From an uncultured Actinomycetota bacterium (lineage in GTDB: Bacteria; Actinomycetota; Actinomycetes; JAHEKZ01), in contig CAWHIJ010000003.1 of NCBI GenBank assembly GCA_963829525.1, positions 1,440,001-1,504,000 on the forward strand: a stretch of DNA of 64,000 nt, given 5' to 3'. This document shows positions 30,914 to 41,642 of this stretch, piece by piece. The stretch's first letter is position 1, and the number at the start of each line of letters is the position of its first letter. The notes beneath the pieces were generated by a model that was not told where the DNA came from, ran no database searches, and was given only the letters and a program-made list of their open reading frames with translations. The translations under genes and the position numbers were made by a program.

Positions 30914-32172
30914 GTGAGCGCTCCTCGGTAGCTGAGTACAGCCTGTGCGGTGCGTCTGCCCGACACCATGGCACCTTGAATCGACGAGCTGTCCCGGTGA
31001 TCGCCGGCTACGAAGAGCCCATCGCCCAGAGAGACGGGCTGGCGAAAGTCGTGCGGCGGTGCCATGGCGGGTAGTGCACCGGCGATCCGCGAGACCCCAA
31101 CCGTCTCCCAACGCGCGGTGTTTGTGCTGTAAAGGTCAGCGAGGTGCTGCAGAACGGAGAGTTCATCATCGGCGCGACCGCCCACCCCCAGGACGGACGA
31201 CGCGATGAGTGCGCGTCCGGATGGGGCGTAGGAGGGCGCTGCGTGGCTCATGACGACGGTGTTGACTACCGGGCGCGCGTTGTCGCTGTCGACGCGCAGC
31301 ACCGGACGTCCGCCAGAGATACCAAGGTCGTCCGTCGAGTGGTACCACGTGGTGACACCGTTCATGGCAGGCACCGCGACCTGGGGAATGAGCTGGGACG
31401 CGGTTCGCGGGTCAGTGGCAACGATGATGGCATCGGCCCGGAGATCACCGTCGTCGGTCGTCACGCACCCGGTACGTACTTCGCGCACAGGGCGCTGGAG
31501 TTGAAGGACGCCATCGGGCAGGTGGGCCGCCAGCTGCACAGGGATCTGCTGCATGCCTTGGGCTGGCACTGACGGCGTCCCGCGTACGAAGGTGCGCAGA
31601 ACGACGTCGAGAAATCGCCGCGATGTCGCGAGATCGGACTCGAGGAACACTCCGGCGAGGAAGGGCCGGAGAAACTCATCGACTGCCTCAGGGGCGACGC
31701 CGGCGGTGGTGAGCGCTACGTGCGCTGAGGTGTCGATCTGGTGGGTCAGCTCAGTGGTGCGCGTCGTTGCGCATCGGTGCAGGTAGCGGGCGAGCGCGGC
31801 TCGCTGCCGCAGCGAGCCCAGCGGCGCACGGAGCGCGTTCACCGTCCAGCGCGGGATCTCGCGTGGGTCGGCCAGCTTGACGTCACGGCCGCCGTGGCGC
31901 AGGACAACCCCTCGGGTGAAGGGGCGCAGCCGCAGAGCCTCGTGATCGAGCTGCCGGCGTCCCTCGGGGTAGGCCGGGTTGTAGAGCTGGAATCCGCGGT
32001 CGAGAAGGTAGCCGCCGACTCGATCGGTGCGAACGCGCCCGCCCACGTCGTCGGACGACTCCAACAGGAGCACCTGGCGGCCAGCTTCGGTGAGTGTTCG
32101 CGCTGCTACCAGACCTGCAAGCCCTGCACCAACGACGATGGCGTCGGCGTCATGAGATCGCGTGGTTGGCAC
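30910..32172 (-). CDS. FAD-dependent oxidoreductase (amine oxidase/phytoene desaturase family)
   Basis: VVGAGLAGL, VGGRVRTD, LDRGFQ, AGDHRDSSSIQGAMVSG. Confidence 0.9.
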   Translation of the reverse strand: MPTTRSHDADAIVVGAGLAGLVAARTLTEAGRQVLLLESSDDVGGRVRTDRVGGYLLDRGFQLYNPAYPEGRRQLDHEALRLRPFTRGVVLRHGGRDVKLADPREIPRWTVNALRAPLGSLRQRAALARYLHRCATTRTTELTHQIDTSAHVALTTAGVAPEAVDEFLRPFLAGVFLESDLATSRRFLDVVLRTFVRGTPSVPAQGMQQIPVQLAAHLPDGVLQLQRPVREVRTGCVTTDDGDLRADAIIVATDPRTASQLIPQVAVPAMNGVTTWYHSTDDLGISGGRPVLRVDSDNARPVVNTVVMSHAAPSYAPSGRALIASSVLGVGGRADDELSVLQHLADLYSTNTARWETVGVSRIAGALPAMAPPHDFRQPVSLGDGLFVAGDHRDSSSIQGAMVSGRRTAQAVLSYRGALT

Positions 32173-32283
32173 GTCCGTGAGCGTAGGGGGTGGCAGGTGT
32201 TCGTGCAGCGGCGCTCGTTGGGCCGGCTGTGGACAACCGGCAAGTTGCTGCGGGGAAGCGACCCAGAGCGTGAGGGTGTGCCC

Positions 32284-32664
32284 ATGGACGCCACGAGCAG
32301 ACTGCGGGATGGGCAGCTTGTCACGCTGTTGGTCAGTCTCGGTCTTGAACTGTTTCCGCTCCATCGCGCCGGTCACTCCTACGGACCCATCCATCCCGCG
32401 CATGTCACGGTCGACGCCGCCGGGCGCCCACATCTTGCCGACGTTGCACCTCCTCCGGCATGGACACCGCACGATGACTGGGTTGGCCTCGTCCGTCTGG
32501 GGCGGTTCGTGGGGGCGTCCCCTCGAGCGGCGTCGCTGTCCTGGGAGACGGTCGGCTGCCTCGAGGGCGTCGACCTGCTGCAGTGGTTGATGCGCTGGAG
32601 CACTCCTCAGCCGCTACCGCTCGGGGACGGGCGAGCGGGCGCCGAGCCGATGTTGTTGCACTAG
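32284..32664 (+). CDS. Small degenerate protein-kinase-like protein
   Basis: LHRAGHSYGPIHPAHVTVDAAGRPHLAD resembles kinase subdomains VIa-VII but lacks the catalytic Asp/Asn and DFG. Confidence 0.5.
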   Translation: MDATSRLRDGQLVTLLVSLGLELFPLHRAGHSYGPIHPAHVTVDAAGRPHLADVAPPPAWTPHDDWVGLVRLGRFVGASPRAASLSWETVGCLEGVDLLQWLMRWSTPQPLPLGDGRAGAEPMLLH

Positions 32665-32987
32665 CCGTTGCCACAGCGACAGCAGGTCGGTGGCGCTACC
32701 TCGACGTCGACTTCGACGACTACCAGTTGGTAGCTGAGATCGACGGTCAGCAGCACATGGAGGTGCTCGCCTGGTGGGAGGACATGGAGGCAACAATGAC
32801 GTGGTCGTCGAAGACGGCAAGACCCTGCTCCGTTCGCGTGCTTCGCGCTTCGACGTCAACCGAATCGTGTTGCCGGAGTACTCCGCAAGTTCATCGACCG
32901 GCATCCACCGACCCCGAGACAACTCTGACGTCGGCGATGTTGTTGTCCTTACTGTCGCTATGGCAACGGCTGCTGAAACAACATCGG
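32647..32987. repeat. Pair of 40-bp inverted repeats (32647-32686 and 32948-32987) flanking an endonuclease remnant
   Basis: Reverse complement of left copy matches right copy at 34/40; right element is also palindromic (cgatgttgtt 32935-32944 / aacaacatcg 32977-32986). Confidence 0.85.
32687..32928 (+). pseudogene. C-terminal remnant of a DUF559/Vsr-like PD-(D/E)xK endonuclease
   Basis: RYLDVDFDDYQLVAEIDGQQH...WEDM / NNDVVVEDGKTLLR / FALRRQPNRVAGVLRKF across two frameshifts; N-terminus missing. Confidence 0.7.
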
Positions 32988-33027
32988 AAGGGGTGTGAGA
33001 GCGACGAGCCGGTAGCAGGGCGAGCGC

Positions 33028-33936
33028 TCAGTCGCTGACGAGTTCGGGGCGGGCGGCACGGAGGGCGTCGGTGATCGTCGGGTCCTCGAAGACGAAGCCG
33101 GCATCGAGCAACCGGGTGGGCAGGACCCTGGCGCTGCCGAGCACCTCCTGTGACATCTCACCCAGCACTGTCTTGAGCACGAAGCTCGGCACGTGGGCGA
33201 ATGTCGGTCGGTGCAAGAGCTCGCCCATGGCCTGGGTGATCTCGGCGTTGGTGGCCGGGTTCGGGGCGGTGACGTTGTAGGGACCGACCATCGACGGGTC
33301 GTCGATCATGCGCCGGATCGCGCGCACCTCGTCGCGCAGCGACACGAAGCTCCAGTACTGGCCGCCGCCCCCGAGCTTGCCGCCGACGCCGAATCGGAAA
33401 AGCGGCCAGAGCCGGCCCCAGGCGCCACCACGGCCCGCGACCACCAGGCCGGTGCGCGGGTGAACGACTCGGATGCCTGCGTCTGGCGGCCGGTGCTGCC
33501 GACGCCTCCCAGGCGGCAACCACCTGTGCGAGGAAGCCCGTCCCAACTGGTGATTCCTCGTCGACCGGTTCGTCTCCGGTGTCACCGTAGTAGCCGATGG
33601 CGCTACCTGAGACCAGCACGGCTGGCTGCGGATCCATGCCCGGAAATCGCCCGTGCCAACGTGCGAGTGCCGAGCACACGACTGTCGCGGATCTCCCGCT
33701 TGTAGGACGCTGTCCAGCGGTGGTCCCCGACGCCGGCTCCTGCTAGGTGGATGACTGCGTCGGTGCCAGCGAGCGCGTCGGCGTCCACAGAGCCGCCTTG
33801 GGGGTCCCACTCGACCTCGGCGGGGTCGACAGGTGCTCGGCGAACCAGGCGCAGCACCTCGTGGCCGTCGTCCTCGAGGGAGCTGACGGAGCGCGGAACC
33901 GATGAGCCCACTGGCTCCGGTGATGGCGACCTTCAC
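33028..33936 (-). pseudogene. TIGR01777 family oxidoreductase (YfcH/SDR39U1-like) with three +1 frameshifts, possibly sequencing errors
   Basis: ITGASGLIG; AVIHLAGAGVGDHRWT; SGSAIGYYG; RTGLVV segments lie in successive frames; extra bases near 33888, 33640, 33487. Confidence 0.88.
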
Positions 33937-34053
33937 AAGATCATCCTGCCCTGGTTTGCCGCTGCCCGCGCGGCGGGCCTACCGCAACCCAACACCGCAA
34001 ATGTTCATCGACCCGATAGGGCCGAGCCGGTCACACGTCGTGGCAGTGGAGGG

Positions 34054-35841
34054 TCAGATGCCAAGGTCGGCCTCAAAGGCACCCTGTTCGAGGCGCTCCT
34101 TGAGCGTCAGCAGGAAGCGCGCTGCGTCGGCGCCGTCGACGAGTCGGTGGTCGTAGGTGAGGGCGAGGAAGACCATCGAGCGGATCGCGATGGAGTCTGC
34201 TCCGGTGTCGTCGGTGATCACCACCGGGCGCTTGACTACAGCGCCGGTACCGAGGATGGCCACCTGAGGTTGATTGATGATTGGGGTGTCGAAGAGGGCA
34301 CCTCGACTGCCGGTGTTGGTGAGTGTGAAAGTTCCGCCGGAGAGTTCGTCAGGGGAGATCGTGCTCGATCTGGTGCGCGCGGCGATGTCGGCGATCCGTT
34401 TGGCCAGGCCAGCGATGTTGAGGTCGCCGGCGGCGTGGATCACTGGAACGAGCAGTCCACGCTCGGTATCGACGGCGACCCCGAGGTTCTCGACATCGTG
34501 GTAGGTGACCGTTCCCGCGTCACTATCGATGCTGGCATTGAGCGAAGGGTGAACCTTCAGTGCCTCCACGGACGCCTTCGCGAAGAAGGGAAGGTAGCTG
34601 AGCTTGACGCCTTCGCGCTCGGCGAAGTCGCGCTTCGCGCGATCGCGGAGCAGAGCGATGCGCGTCACATCGACCTCGATGACGGTTGTCAGCTGGGCTG
34701 AGCTCTGCAGCGAGTCGACGAGCCGTTCGGCGATGACCTTGCGAAGGCGCGTCATCTTCTCGACGCGGCCTCGGAGCGGCGACGCATCAGAAGTGGAACG
34801 AGTCGGTGCAGCGGATGCTGCCGCCTGTGGTTGCGTTGACCGTTGGGCGACAAGCTTGGCTGCGTCGAGGACGTCCTGTTTGCGGATGCGTCCGCCAACG
34901 CCGGTCCCGGCGACCGTTGACAGGTCCACGGCGTACTCGGCGGCGAGCTTGCGAACGAGTGGCGTCACGTAACCCACGTCCACTCCGGCCGCCGTTGCTG
35001 GTGTTGGAGCGGGTGATGGCGGTTCAGGTGCAGGCGGCGCAACGGACGGTGGCTCGGGCGCTGTGGTTGTCGGTGGTTCCGCTGCTGCTGGTGGTGCTGC
35101 CGCGGGGGCGGGCGCGGTGACGGTGGCGGTTGGGGTGGCGCCGCCAACGGCTCCAATCCTTGCGAGCTGGGCGCCAACCTCGACCGTCTGGTCCTCGCCG
35201 ACGTCGATCGACAGCAGCACACCAGCGACCGGAGATGGGATCTCGGTGTCGACCTTGTCGGTGGAGACCTCCACGAGCGGCTCATCGACGGCGACGGAGT
35301 CGCCAACCTGCTTGAGCCACCTGGTGACCGTGCCCTCGGTGACGCTCTCGCCGAGGGCAGGCAACACGATCGATGTGCTGGCACCTGTGGGCGTGACGGC
35401 TGCTGTTGAAGTGGGCGCAGTTTCTGCAGGTGCGGTGTCCGGGGTCGGATCAACCGAGACTGGCGCGCTGTCCGGCCCAGAATCGGCCGACGGTGGCGTC
35501 TCGACTTTGGCTGGGCCGGCGGTAGCAACCTCTGCTGGCTGGGCCGTTGGCGACTCCTCTTCGACCGACTCTTGATCAGGTCCTGAGCGCAGTGGGGCCT
35601 CGTTCACCCCTCCGATCACAGCGAGCTCGGCGCCGACGGCCACTGTCTCGTCCTCTTGGGCGAGGATCCGCAGCAGCACACCGGTGACCGGTGCGGGGAT
35701 CTCGGTATCGACTTTGTCGGTCGAGACCTCGAGCAGCGGCTCGTCGGTGGAGACCTCGTCGCCCTCCTTCTTCAGCCATCGCGTGACAGTGCCCTCGGTG
35801 ACGCTCTCACCGAGCAGCGGCATCTTCACGGAGACCGACAT
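34054..35841 (-). CDS. sucB: Dihydrolipoamide acyltransferase E2 with two lipoyl domains (SucB/DlaT)
   Basis: Two [12 protein letters not shown] lipoyl motifs, VTPLVRKLA subunit-binding domain, YDHRLVDG catalytic motif. Confidence 0.95.
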   Translation of the reverse strand: MSVSVKMPLLGESVTEGTVTRWLKKEGDEVSTDEPLLEVSTDKVDTEIPAPVTGVLLRILAQEDETVAVGAELAVIGGVNEAPLRSGPDQESVEEESPTAQPAEVATAGPAKVETPPSADSGPDSAPVSVDPTPDTAPAETAPTSTAAVTPTGASTSIVLPALGESVTEGTVTRWLKQVGDSVAVDEPLVEVSTDKVDTEIPSPVAGVLLSIDVGEDQTVEVGAQLARIGAVGGATPTATVTAPAPAAAPPAAAEPPTTTAPEPPSVAPPAPEPPSPAPTPATAAGVDVGYVTPLVRKLAAEYAVDLSTVAGTGVGGRIRKQDVLDAAKLVAQRSTQPQAAASAAPTRSTSDASPLRGRVEKMTRLRKVIAERLVDSLQSSAQLTTVIEVDVTRIALLRDRAKRDFAEREGVKLSYLPFFAKASVEALKVHPSLNASIDSDAGTVTYHDVENLGVAVDTERGLLVPVIHAAGDLNIAGLAKRIADIAARTRSSTISPDELSGGTFTLTNTGSRGALFDTPIINQPQVAILGTGAVVKRPVVITDDTGADSIAIRSMVFLALTYDHRLVDGADAARFLLTLKERLEQGAFEADLGI

Positions 35842-35870
35842 GACGTTCCCTTCGGCAGTACTGGGGGTGC

Positions 35871-37259
35871 TCAGGAGTGGGAGTGCAGGGGTTTTCCAGC
35901 GAGCGCGAGATGAGCCTCGCCCATCGCTTCGGTCTGGGTCGGATGGGCGTGGATCAAGCTGGCAACGTCGTCGGCGTAAGCCTCCCAGTTGTAGATGAGC
36001 TGTCCCTCGGCGAGCAACTCACCGACCCGGCTACCGACCATGTGGACGCCGACAACGGGACCGTCCTTGACGGCGACCAACTTCACGAAGCCGGCTGTCT
36101 TGAGGATCTGGCTCTTGCCGTTGCCGGCAAGGTCGTACTTGACCGTTGTGACTGCATCACCGTACTTTTCCCGGGCTGTGGCCTCGGTGATGCCAACCGA
36201 TGCGACCTCTGGCTCGCTGTAGGTGATCCGGGGGACGCCGTCGTAGTCGATGGGCCGAGGATCGAGCCCGGCGACGTGCTCGGCTACCAAGATGCCCTCA
36301 CCGAAGCCCACGTGGGCCAGCTGCAACGTCGGAATCAGGTCACCGACGGCGTAGACGTTCGGCACCGACGTGCGGCAGTACTCGTCGACCGTGACGTAAC
36401 CGCGCTCCATGGCGACTCCGACATCCTCGTACCCGAGGCCCGATGAGACCGGCCCGCGGCCGACGGCGACAAGCAGCAGGTCGGCCTCGATCGTCTTGCC
36501 GTTCTCGAGGTGGGCAACGACGCCGGTCGCGGACTCCTCCACCTTGCTGAAGCGTGCCCCGAGCTCGAAGCTGATTCCACGCTTACGGAACTGGCGTTCG
36601 ATCTGCTTGGAGAGGTCCTCTTCCTCGAGCGGCAGTAGGTGGGGCAGCGCCTCGACGATCGTGACGTCCGCTCCGAACGACCGCCAGACACTGGCGAACT
36701 CCACGCCGATGACGCCGCCACCGAGAACGACGACTGACCCCGGGACGAAGTCGAGGGAAAGGGCGTGGTCGCTGGTGATCACACGTGAGCCATCGATCGA
36801 TAGACCTGGCAGCGATTTTGGTACTGATCCGGTGGCGAGGACCACGTGTCGTCCGGTGAAGGTGCTGTCTCCGACGGCGACGGTGTCTGGTCCCACGAGG
36901 TGGCCAGAACCCTCGACAAAAGTCACGCCTCGGCTCTTCACGAGCCCGGTCAGCCCCTTGTAGAGGCGGCTGACGACTCCGTCCTTGTAGGTGTTGACAG
37001 CCGACATGTCGATGCCGTCGAACGTGGACTTCACGCCGAACTGCTCACCCTCACGAGCAGCGTCAGCGACCTCGGCAGAGTGCAGCAGTGCCTTGGTGGG
37101 GATGCAGCCTTGGTGCAGGCAGGTGCCGCCGAGCTTGCCCTTCTCGACGAGAACGACGTCGAGGCCGAGCTGCGCGGCGCGCAGGGCGCAGGCATAGCCA
37201 CCGCTGCCACCGCCGAGGATCACGATGTCGTGAACGGTGCTCCCGGCGTTCTCTGACAC
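35871..37259 (-). CDS. lpdA: Dihydrolipoyl dehydrogenase
   Basis: [20 protein letters not shown] redox disulfide, HAHPTQTE; GTG at 37259. Confidence 0.96.
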   Translation of the reverse strand: MSENAGSTVHDIVILGGGSGGYACALRAAQLGLDVVLVEKGKLGGTCLHQGCIPTKALLHSAEVADAAREGEQFGVKSTFDGIDMSAVNTYKDGVVSRLYKGLTGLVKSRGVTFVEGSGHLVGPDTVAVGDSTFTGRHVVLATGSVPKSLPGLSIDGSRVITSDHALSLDFVPGSVVVLGGGVIGVEFASVWRSFGADVTIVEALPHLLPLEEEDLSKQIERQFRKRGISFELGARFSKVEESATGVVAHLENGKTIEADLLLVAVGRGPVSSGLGYEDVGVAMERGYVTVDEYCRTSVPNVYAVGDLIPTLQLAHVGFGEGILVAEHVAGLDPRPIDYDGVPRITYSEPEVASVGITEATAREKYGDAVTTVKYDLAGNGKSQILKTAGFVKLVAVKDGPVVGVHMVGSRVGELLAEGQLIYNWEAYADDVASLIHAHPTQTEAMGEAHLALAGKPLHSHS

Positions 37260-37418
37260 GGGCGACTCCTCTGCATTAGGTACAACTCCTGTCATCTTGT
37301 CACCCTTCATGCAGATGTTGACAACCGCGTCCTGCGGCCGCTGGGTCTCCGGCGGCGCTACCGTGGAGGCCTGTCTTTGCCGAGATGTCCGTTGGTCGCA
37401 CTGCTGGAGGTGCCCGTC

Positions 37419-37727
37419 ATGAAGTGGCTGCGGCGTCGCCGCTCGGGTGATACCGGATCCTCCGGTAAGGCCAGCAAATCGGCGGATCGTAAGTATCTCG
37501 AGGAGTTCCTCACCACCCGTCGTGGCGTCGAGGCATATGTGGAGCCGCAGACCTCGGTCAGTTCGGCGAGTGTGGTGCTGGTGGCTGCCGACGGTGAATG
37601 GACACGGCGCCCTGTGCCCGACGCGGCGACGGCCTTCTCCTGGGCCCACAAGCAGGGAATCCCGTGTTACGACGTCAATCTGATGGGCTACCCCAAACGT
37701 ATGCGCGAGTGGAACGGCGGGGTTTAG
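37419..37727 (+). CDS. Small conserved actinobacterial hypothetical protein
   Basis: RRGVEAYVEPQT...VLVAADGEWTRR...IPCYDVNLMGYPKRMREWN; RBS GGAGG. Confidence 0.8.
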   Translation: MKWLRRRRSGDTGSSGKASKSADRKYLEEFLTTRRGVEAYVEPQTSVSSASVVLVAADGEWTRRPVPDAATAFSWAHKQGIPCYDVNLMGYPKRMREWNGGV

Positions 37728-37757
37728 CCGGCGTTGGGTCTGCGACTGCGTGCACCA

Positions 37758-37798
37758 CATCAAAGGTCCCGTCCTCGGCGAGGACGGGACCTTTGATG
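37758..37798. terminator. Bidirectional intrinsic terminator-like hairpin
   Basis: Perfect 19-bp stem catcaaaggtcccgtcctc-ggc-gaggacgggacctttgatg between convergent genes. Confidence 0.85.
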
Positions 37799-37928
37799 CA
37801 GTGGCGAGGGAAGTACCACTGCTGGTGGTGCGAGGTGCACCGGCCCGGCGCTTTCAGGGGGGCGGGGAATGGCTACGCCGGGAGTGGGAAGGGGCGCCTC
37901 TCTTCTTAGGTTGTCGGGAGTGAGCTGG

Positions 37929-38765
37929 CTACTTGTTATGCCCTGGTGCGTTACCGCTGTTGCCGGGCGCTGAGCCGGCGGTGTCGGGTGCTCCAGAGGA
38001 CTGGTCCTTCTTGGCCTGACCGGGTGGGACGTGCCCGGCCCCGGCGGTCGCAGCGTCCTTCTTGGCCTGACCGGGGGAAACATGTGTGGCGTTGTCGCTT
38101 TCGCTGGCGGTGTCGCCGTTCTCCACCGGGTCAGCAGCGTCGGCGCCAGCCTTCTTGCCGCAGTCGCTGTGGGCCGCCTCAGCTACTGCGGCACCGTGGC
38201 CAGGGCCAGGTGGGGTGCTGTGGGCCACGCCAGAGACGTACTCACCGTGGTTCTTGGCGTCGGCACAGGCATCCGGGGCCGGCTGGTCGGTCGGCTCGGC
38301 GCCTGGGTCAGCGACTGGATCATCGCCTGGATCGTCCGTCGTCTCCTCGGTGCCGTCGTCGGTGGGGTCATCGCCTGGGTCAGCGGTTGGGTCGTCCGTT
38401 GGGTCGTCGGTCACCTCCGGGCACTCGACCGGCTCCGGGTCCTCCGTGACCTCTGGGTCGACGGTGATTTCTGGGTCAACCGGCGTCACCTCTCCAGGGT
38501 CAACTGTGGGATCGGTCGTCGGATCGTCGGCTGTCCCGTCCGTGGGGTCGATCGAGGGGTCGGAGACCGGCTCCTCGGTCGGGCAGTCGACTGGATCGGC
38601 GACCGGCTCTGTCGAAGCGACTGCAGCCGGGTCGTCGGTGAAGAGGTCGGCCCCCGTGGCCGCCTCGGCCGTTCCGGCGAGCAAGACGGTTGCGACGAGG
38701 ACGAACCCGCCGACCTTGGCCTTGCCGAGTACGGTCGAGAGCATGGGGTGGGTGCTGGGGCTCAC
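37929..38765 (-). CDS. Secreted acidic low-complexity protein
   Basis: Signal/TM segment, D/P/T-rich repeats, NHGEYVSGVAH motif, two PGQAKKD repeats (21-bp direct repeat at 38004 and 38055). Confidence 0.75.
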   Translation of the reverse strand: MSPSTHPMLSTVLGKAKVGGFVLVATVLLAGTAEAATGADLFTDDPAAVASTEPVADPVDCPTEEPVSDPSIDPTDGTADDPTTDPTVDPGEVTPVDPEITVDPEVTEDPEPVECPEVTDDPTDDPTADPGDDPTDDGTEETTDDPGDDPVADPGAEPTDQPAPDACADAKNHGEYVSGVAHSTPPGPGHGAAVAEAAHSDCGKKAGADAADPVENGDTASESDNATHVSPGQAKKDAATAGAGHVPPGQAKKDQSSGAPDTAGSAPGNSGNAPGHNK

Positions 38766-38927
38766 GGATCCTCCGGGGGTGATCGGGTGTGGTACCCGTT
38801 CGTCTCCGAAGGTAGCGGCGCCGTTACCGGGTGTCTCCGATGACCACCCAAATGGACTAGTTCGGACGGGCCATATCCACCCGCCCGGCCTAGGCCTCCT
38901 ACGTTTCGGCGGGGAGCGGAGGCTCCG

Positions 38928-40418
38928 CTAGCCCTGTGCCGCCCGTTCGGCGAGCGCCACCAGCGTTCGCATCGCCGTCCCCGTCCCGCCCTTTGGTGTG
39001 TAGCCGAAGGCTTCGCCCTCGTTGAAGGCGGGACCGGCGATGTCCAGGTGTGCCCAGGTGACGCCGTCCGGAACGAACTCCTTCAAGAAGAGACCGGCCA
39101 CCTGCATGCCGCCCCACCTGTCGCCGATGTTGGCGATGTCGGCGACCTTGGAGTCCATCGAGGGGCGCAGTTCGGGGGGCAGCATCATGGGCCACATCTG
39201 CTCGCCGACGTACGTGGCCACCGCGTGGACGTGGGACCTGAAGTCGTCGTCGTTGGCCATGATCCCGGACGTCTTGTTGCCGAGAGCAACCACCGCGGCG
39301 CCGGTGAGCGTTGCGATGTCAACGATCGTGTCCGGCTTGTCTTCGCCGGCCCGGACGATCGCGTCGGCCAGCACCAGTCGGCCTTCGGCGTCGGTATTGA
39401 GCACCTCAACCGTGCGCCCGCCGCGAATGGTGATGACGTCGCTCGGGCGTTGGGCAGATCCGGACGGCATGTTCTCGGCCATCGCCATGTATCCGGTCAC
39501 GTTGACCTCTGGTTTCAGGCGCCCGATCGCGGTCATCGCCCCGAGCACGGCAGCGGCGCCGCTCATGTCGCTCTTCATCGCGTCCATGTTGGCGGCCGGC
39601 TTGATCGAGATGCCGCCGGAGTCGAAGGTGATTCCCTTGCCGACGAAGGCGATGTGTCGCTTGGCCTTCGGGTGGCGATAGACGATCCGCACCAGGCGTG
39701 GTGGGTTCACCGACCCCATTCCGACGCCGAGCAGCCCGCCGTACTTGCCCTTGGCAAGGGCGACTTCGTCAAGCACCTCGATCTCCAGCTTGAGGCTGCG
39801 GCACGCCGAGACCGCAGTCTGGGCGAAGTCTGCTGGTGCCAGGTCGGACGGTGCGGTGTTGATCAGGTCGCGGACGAGGTGCAGGCTTTTGGCGACCGTC
39901 TTGACCTCGGTTACCACGGCAGCCGCGTCCTTGTCCTGGGCCAACGGAGTGGCGACGGTGACCGCCTTGACCGGCGGTTTGTGCGCTTTCGCCGACTTCT
40001 TGCGGTAGGTGGTGAAGGCGTAGGCGCCGAACAGGGCACCTTCGGTGACGGCTCTGAACTCACCCTCAGATGTCGCGGGCAGCGCCAGCGCGACGCTGTC
40101 CATGCCGGCTGCTGCTCGTACGGCGTTGCCGGCGGCGCGGCGCAGCCCCTCGGCCTCGGGGACGCCGTCGCCGAGGCCGACGGCAATGACGACAGGGGAT
40201 GCCACCGAGCCAGCCTTGGGGATCCGGGTGATCTGTCCAACCTCTCCGGTGGCACCCATTGCCGTGAGCGCACGGGTCAGGGCGCGGCCGTAGGAAGTTC
40301 CGACGGGGGCCGCCCCCGGGGCGAGTTTGATCCCGTCCCCTTTCTTCAGGATGCCAATGACGATGGCGTTGGCGCGGATCCGGGCGGGGTTGCTGCTGCT
40401 CAGCTCGATCGACGTCAC
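38928..40418 (-). CDS. pepA: Leucyl aminopeptidase (M17)
   Basis: GKGITFDSGG, MKSDMSGAA, NTDAEGRL, ATLTGA, HLDIAG; GTG at 40418. Confidence 0.96.
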   Translation of the reverse strand: MTSIELSSSNPARIRANAIVIGILKKGDGIKLAPGAAPVGTSYGRALTRALTAMGATGEVGQITRIPKAGSVASPVVIAVGLGDGVPEAEGLRRAAGNAVRAAAGMDSVALALPATSEGEFRAVTEGALFGAYAFTTYRKKSAKAHKPPVKAVTVATPLAQDKDAAAVVTEVKTVAKSLHLVRDLINTAPSDLAPADFAQTAVSACRSLKLEIEVLDEVALAKGKYGGLLGVGMGSVNPPRLVRIVYRHPKAKRHIAFVGKGITFDSGGISIKPAANMDAMKSDMSGAAAVLGAMTAIGRLKPEVNVTGYMAMAENMPSGSAQRPSDVITIRGGRTVEVLNTDAEGRLVLADAIVRAGEDKPDTIVDIATLTGAAVVALGNKTSGIMANDDDFRSHVHAVATYVGEQMWPMMLPPELRPSMDSKVADIANIGDRWGGMQVAGLFLKEFVPDGVTWAHLDIAGPAFNEGEAFGYTPKGGTGTAMRTLVALAERAAQG

Positions 40419-40490
40419 GAGTGCTGCCTTCCGGTTCTTGATGCGGTCGCCACACCCTAGTGCGGAAGGCCGACCGGTAGCCTCCCCTGC

Positions 40491-41591
40491 ATGACATCCC
40501 CCCTGCTGCACACGCCGCTGCACGACCGACACGTGGCCCTTGGTGCCAAGCTGGCTGACTTCGGTGGCTGGGAGATGCCGATCGACTACCCAGACGGAGG
40601 CGTCCTCAAAGAGCACGTTGCGGTTCGCGAGGCCGTTGGCCTCTTCGACGTCTCGCACCTGGGGAAGATGCGCGTCAGAGGTGACGGTGCCCGCGACTTC
40701 GTCAATGCACAGTTCACCAACGACCTCGACCGGATTGGCATCGGCCAGGCTCAGTACTCGATGCTGTGCAACGACACTGGCGGAGTGGTCGACGACCTCA
40801 TCGTGTACCTGCGTGCCGACGATGAGGTGTTCGTCGTCCCGAATGCGGCGAATACTGCGGCAGTGATTGCCTACCTGGCGTCGCAGGCGCCGGCGGGGAT
40901 CACGGTTGAGAACGAGCACTCCGACTACGGGGTGCTGGCGGTGCAGGGTCCGCGATCAGATGCGGTGATGGCGGCGCTGGGTTTGCCGCACGACCTCGAC
41001 TACATGGCATTCATTGATGCGCAGTTCGCTGGAGCTGAGCTGACGGTCTGTCGCACTGGCTACACGGGCGAGCGTGGGTATGAGTTGCTGCCCACATGGG
41101 GAGCGACACCGGCACTCTGGGACGCGCTCGTCGCGGTCGTCGGCGCAGAAGGGGGGCGTCCGGTGGGGCTCGGTGCCCGCGACACCCTGCGCACCGAGAT
41201 GGGCTATCCGCTGCATGGTCAGGACCTGTCGCAGGCGATCAGCCCCGTTCAGGCGCGCGCTGGTTGGGCTGTTGGGTGGAGCAAGCCGCACTTCGCCGGT
41301 CGTCGTGCACTGCTTGCAGAGAAGGAGGCCGGTCCTGCGCGGCGTCTTTGGGGGCTGCTGGCCGGTGACCGCGGCATTCCTCGTCCGCACATGGAGGTCA
41401 GGGATGCAAACGGGGCTGTGATCGGCGAGGTCACCAGCGGCACGTTTTCACCGACGCTGCGTACCGGCATCGGACTCGCGCTTTTGGAGCCCGCTGTGGT
41501 CGAGGGTGCCGCGCTCACCGTCGACGTTCGCGGCCGTCCGTCCACGATGAAAGTGGTCCGTCCGCCGTTCGTGGACGCCTCGCCCCGCTGA
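40491..41591 (+). CDS. gcvT: Glycine cleavage system aminomethyltransferase T
   Basis: [44 protein letters not shown]. Confidence 0.96.
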   Translation: MTSPLLHTPLHDRHVALGAKLADFGGWEMPIDYPDGGVLKEHVAVREAVGLFDVSHLGKMRVRGDGARDFVNAQFTNDLDRIGIGQAQYSMLCNDTGGVVDDLIVYLRADDEVFVVPNAANTAAVIAYLASQAPAGITVENEHSDYGVLAVQGPRSDAVMAALGLPHDLDYMAFIDAQFAGAELTVCRTGYTGERGYELLPTWGATPALWDALVAVVGAEGGRPVGLGARDTLRTEMGYPLHGQDLSQAISPVQARAGWAVGWSKPHFAGRRALLAEKEAGPARRLWGLLAGDRGIPRPHMEVRDANGAVIGEVTSGTFSPTLRTGIGLALLEPAVVEGAALTVDVRGRPSTMKVVRPPFVDASPR

Positions 41592-41642
41592 CAAGCGGGG
41601 CGACGGCGGCCAGGGCCACCTACCTGCCCATACCCTGCTCCT

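Noticed and set aside
32228-32236. TGTGGACAA, a perfect actinobacterial DnaA box on the minus strand
   Set aside because: Single 9-mer with no cluster or AT-rich unwinding region; cannot be told from chance
35160-35841. Internal direct repeat in sucB
   Set aside because: Explained by the two lipoyl domains
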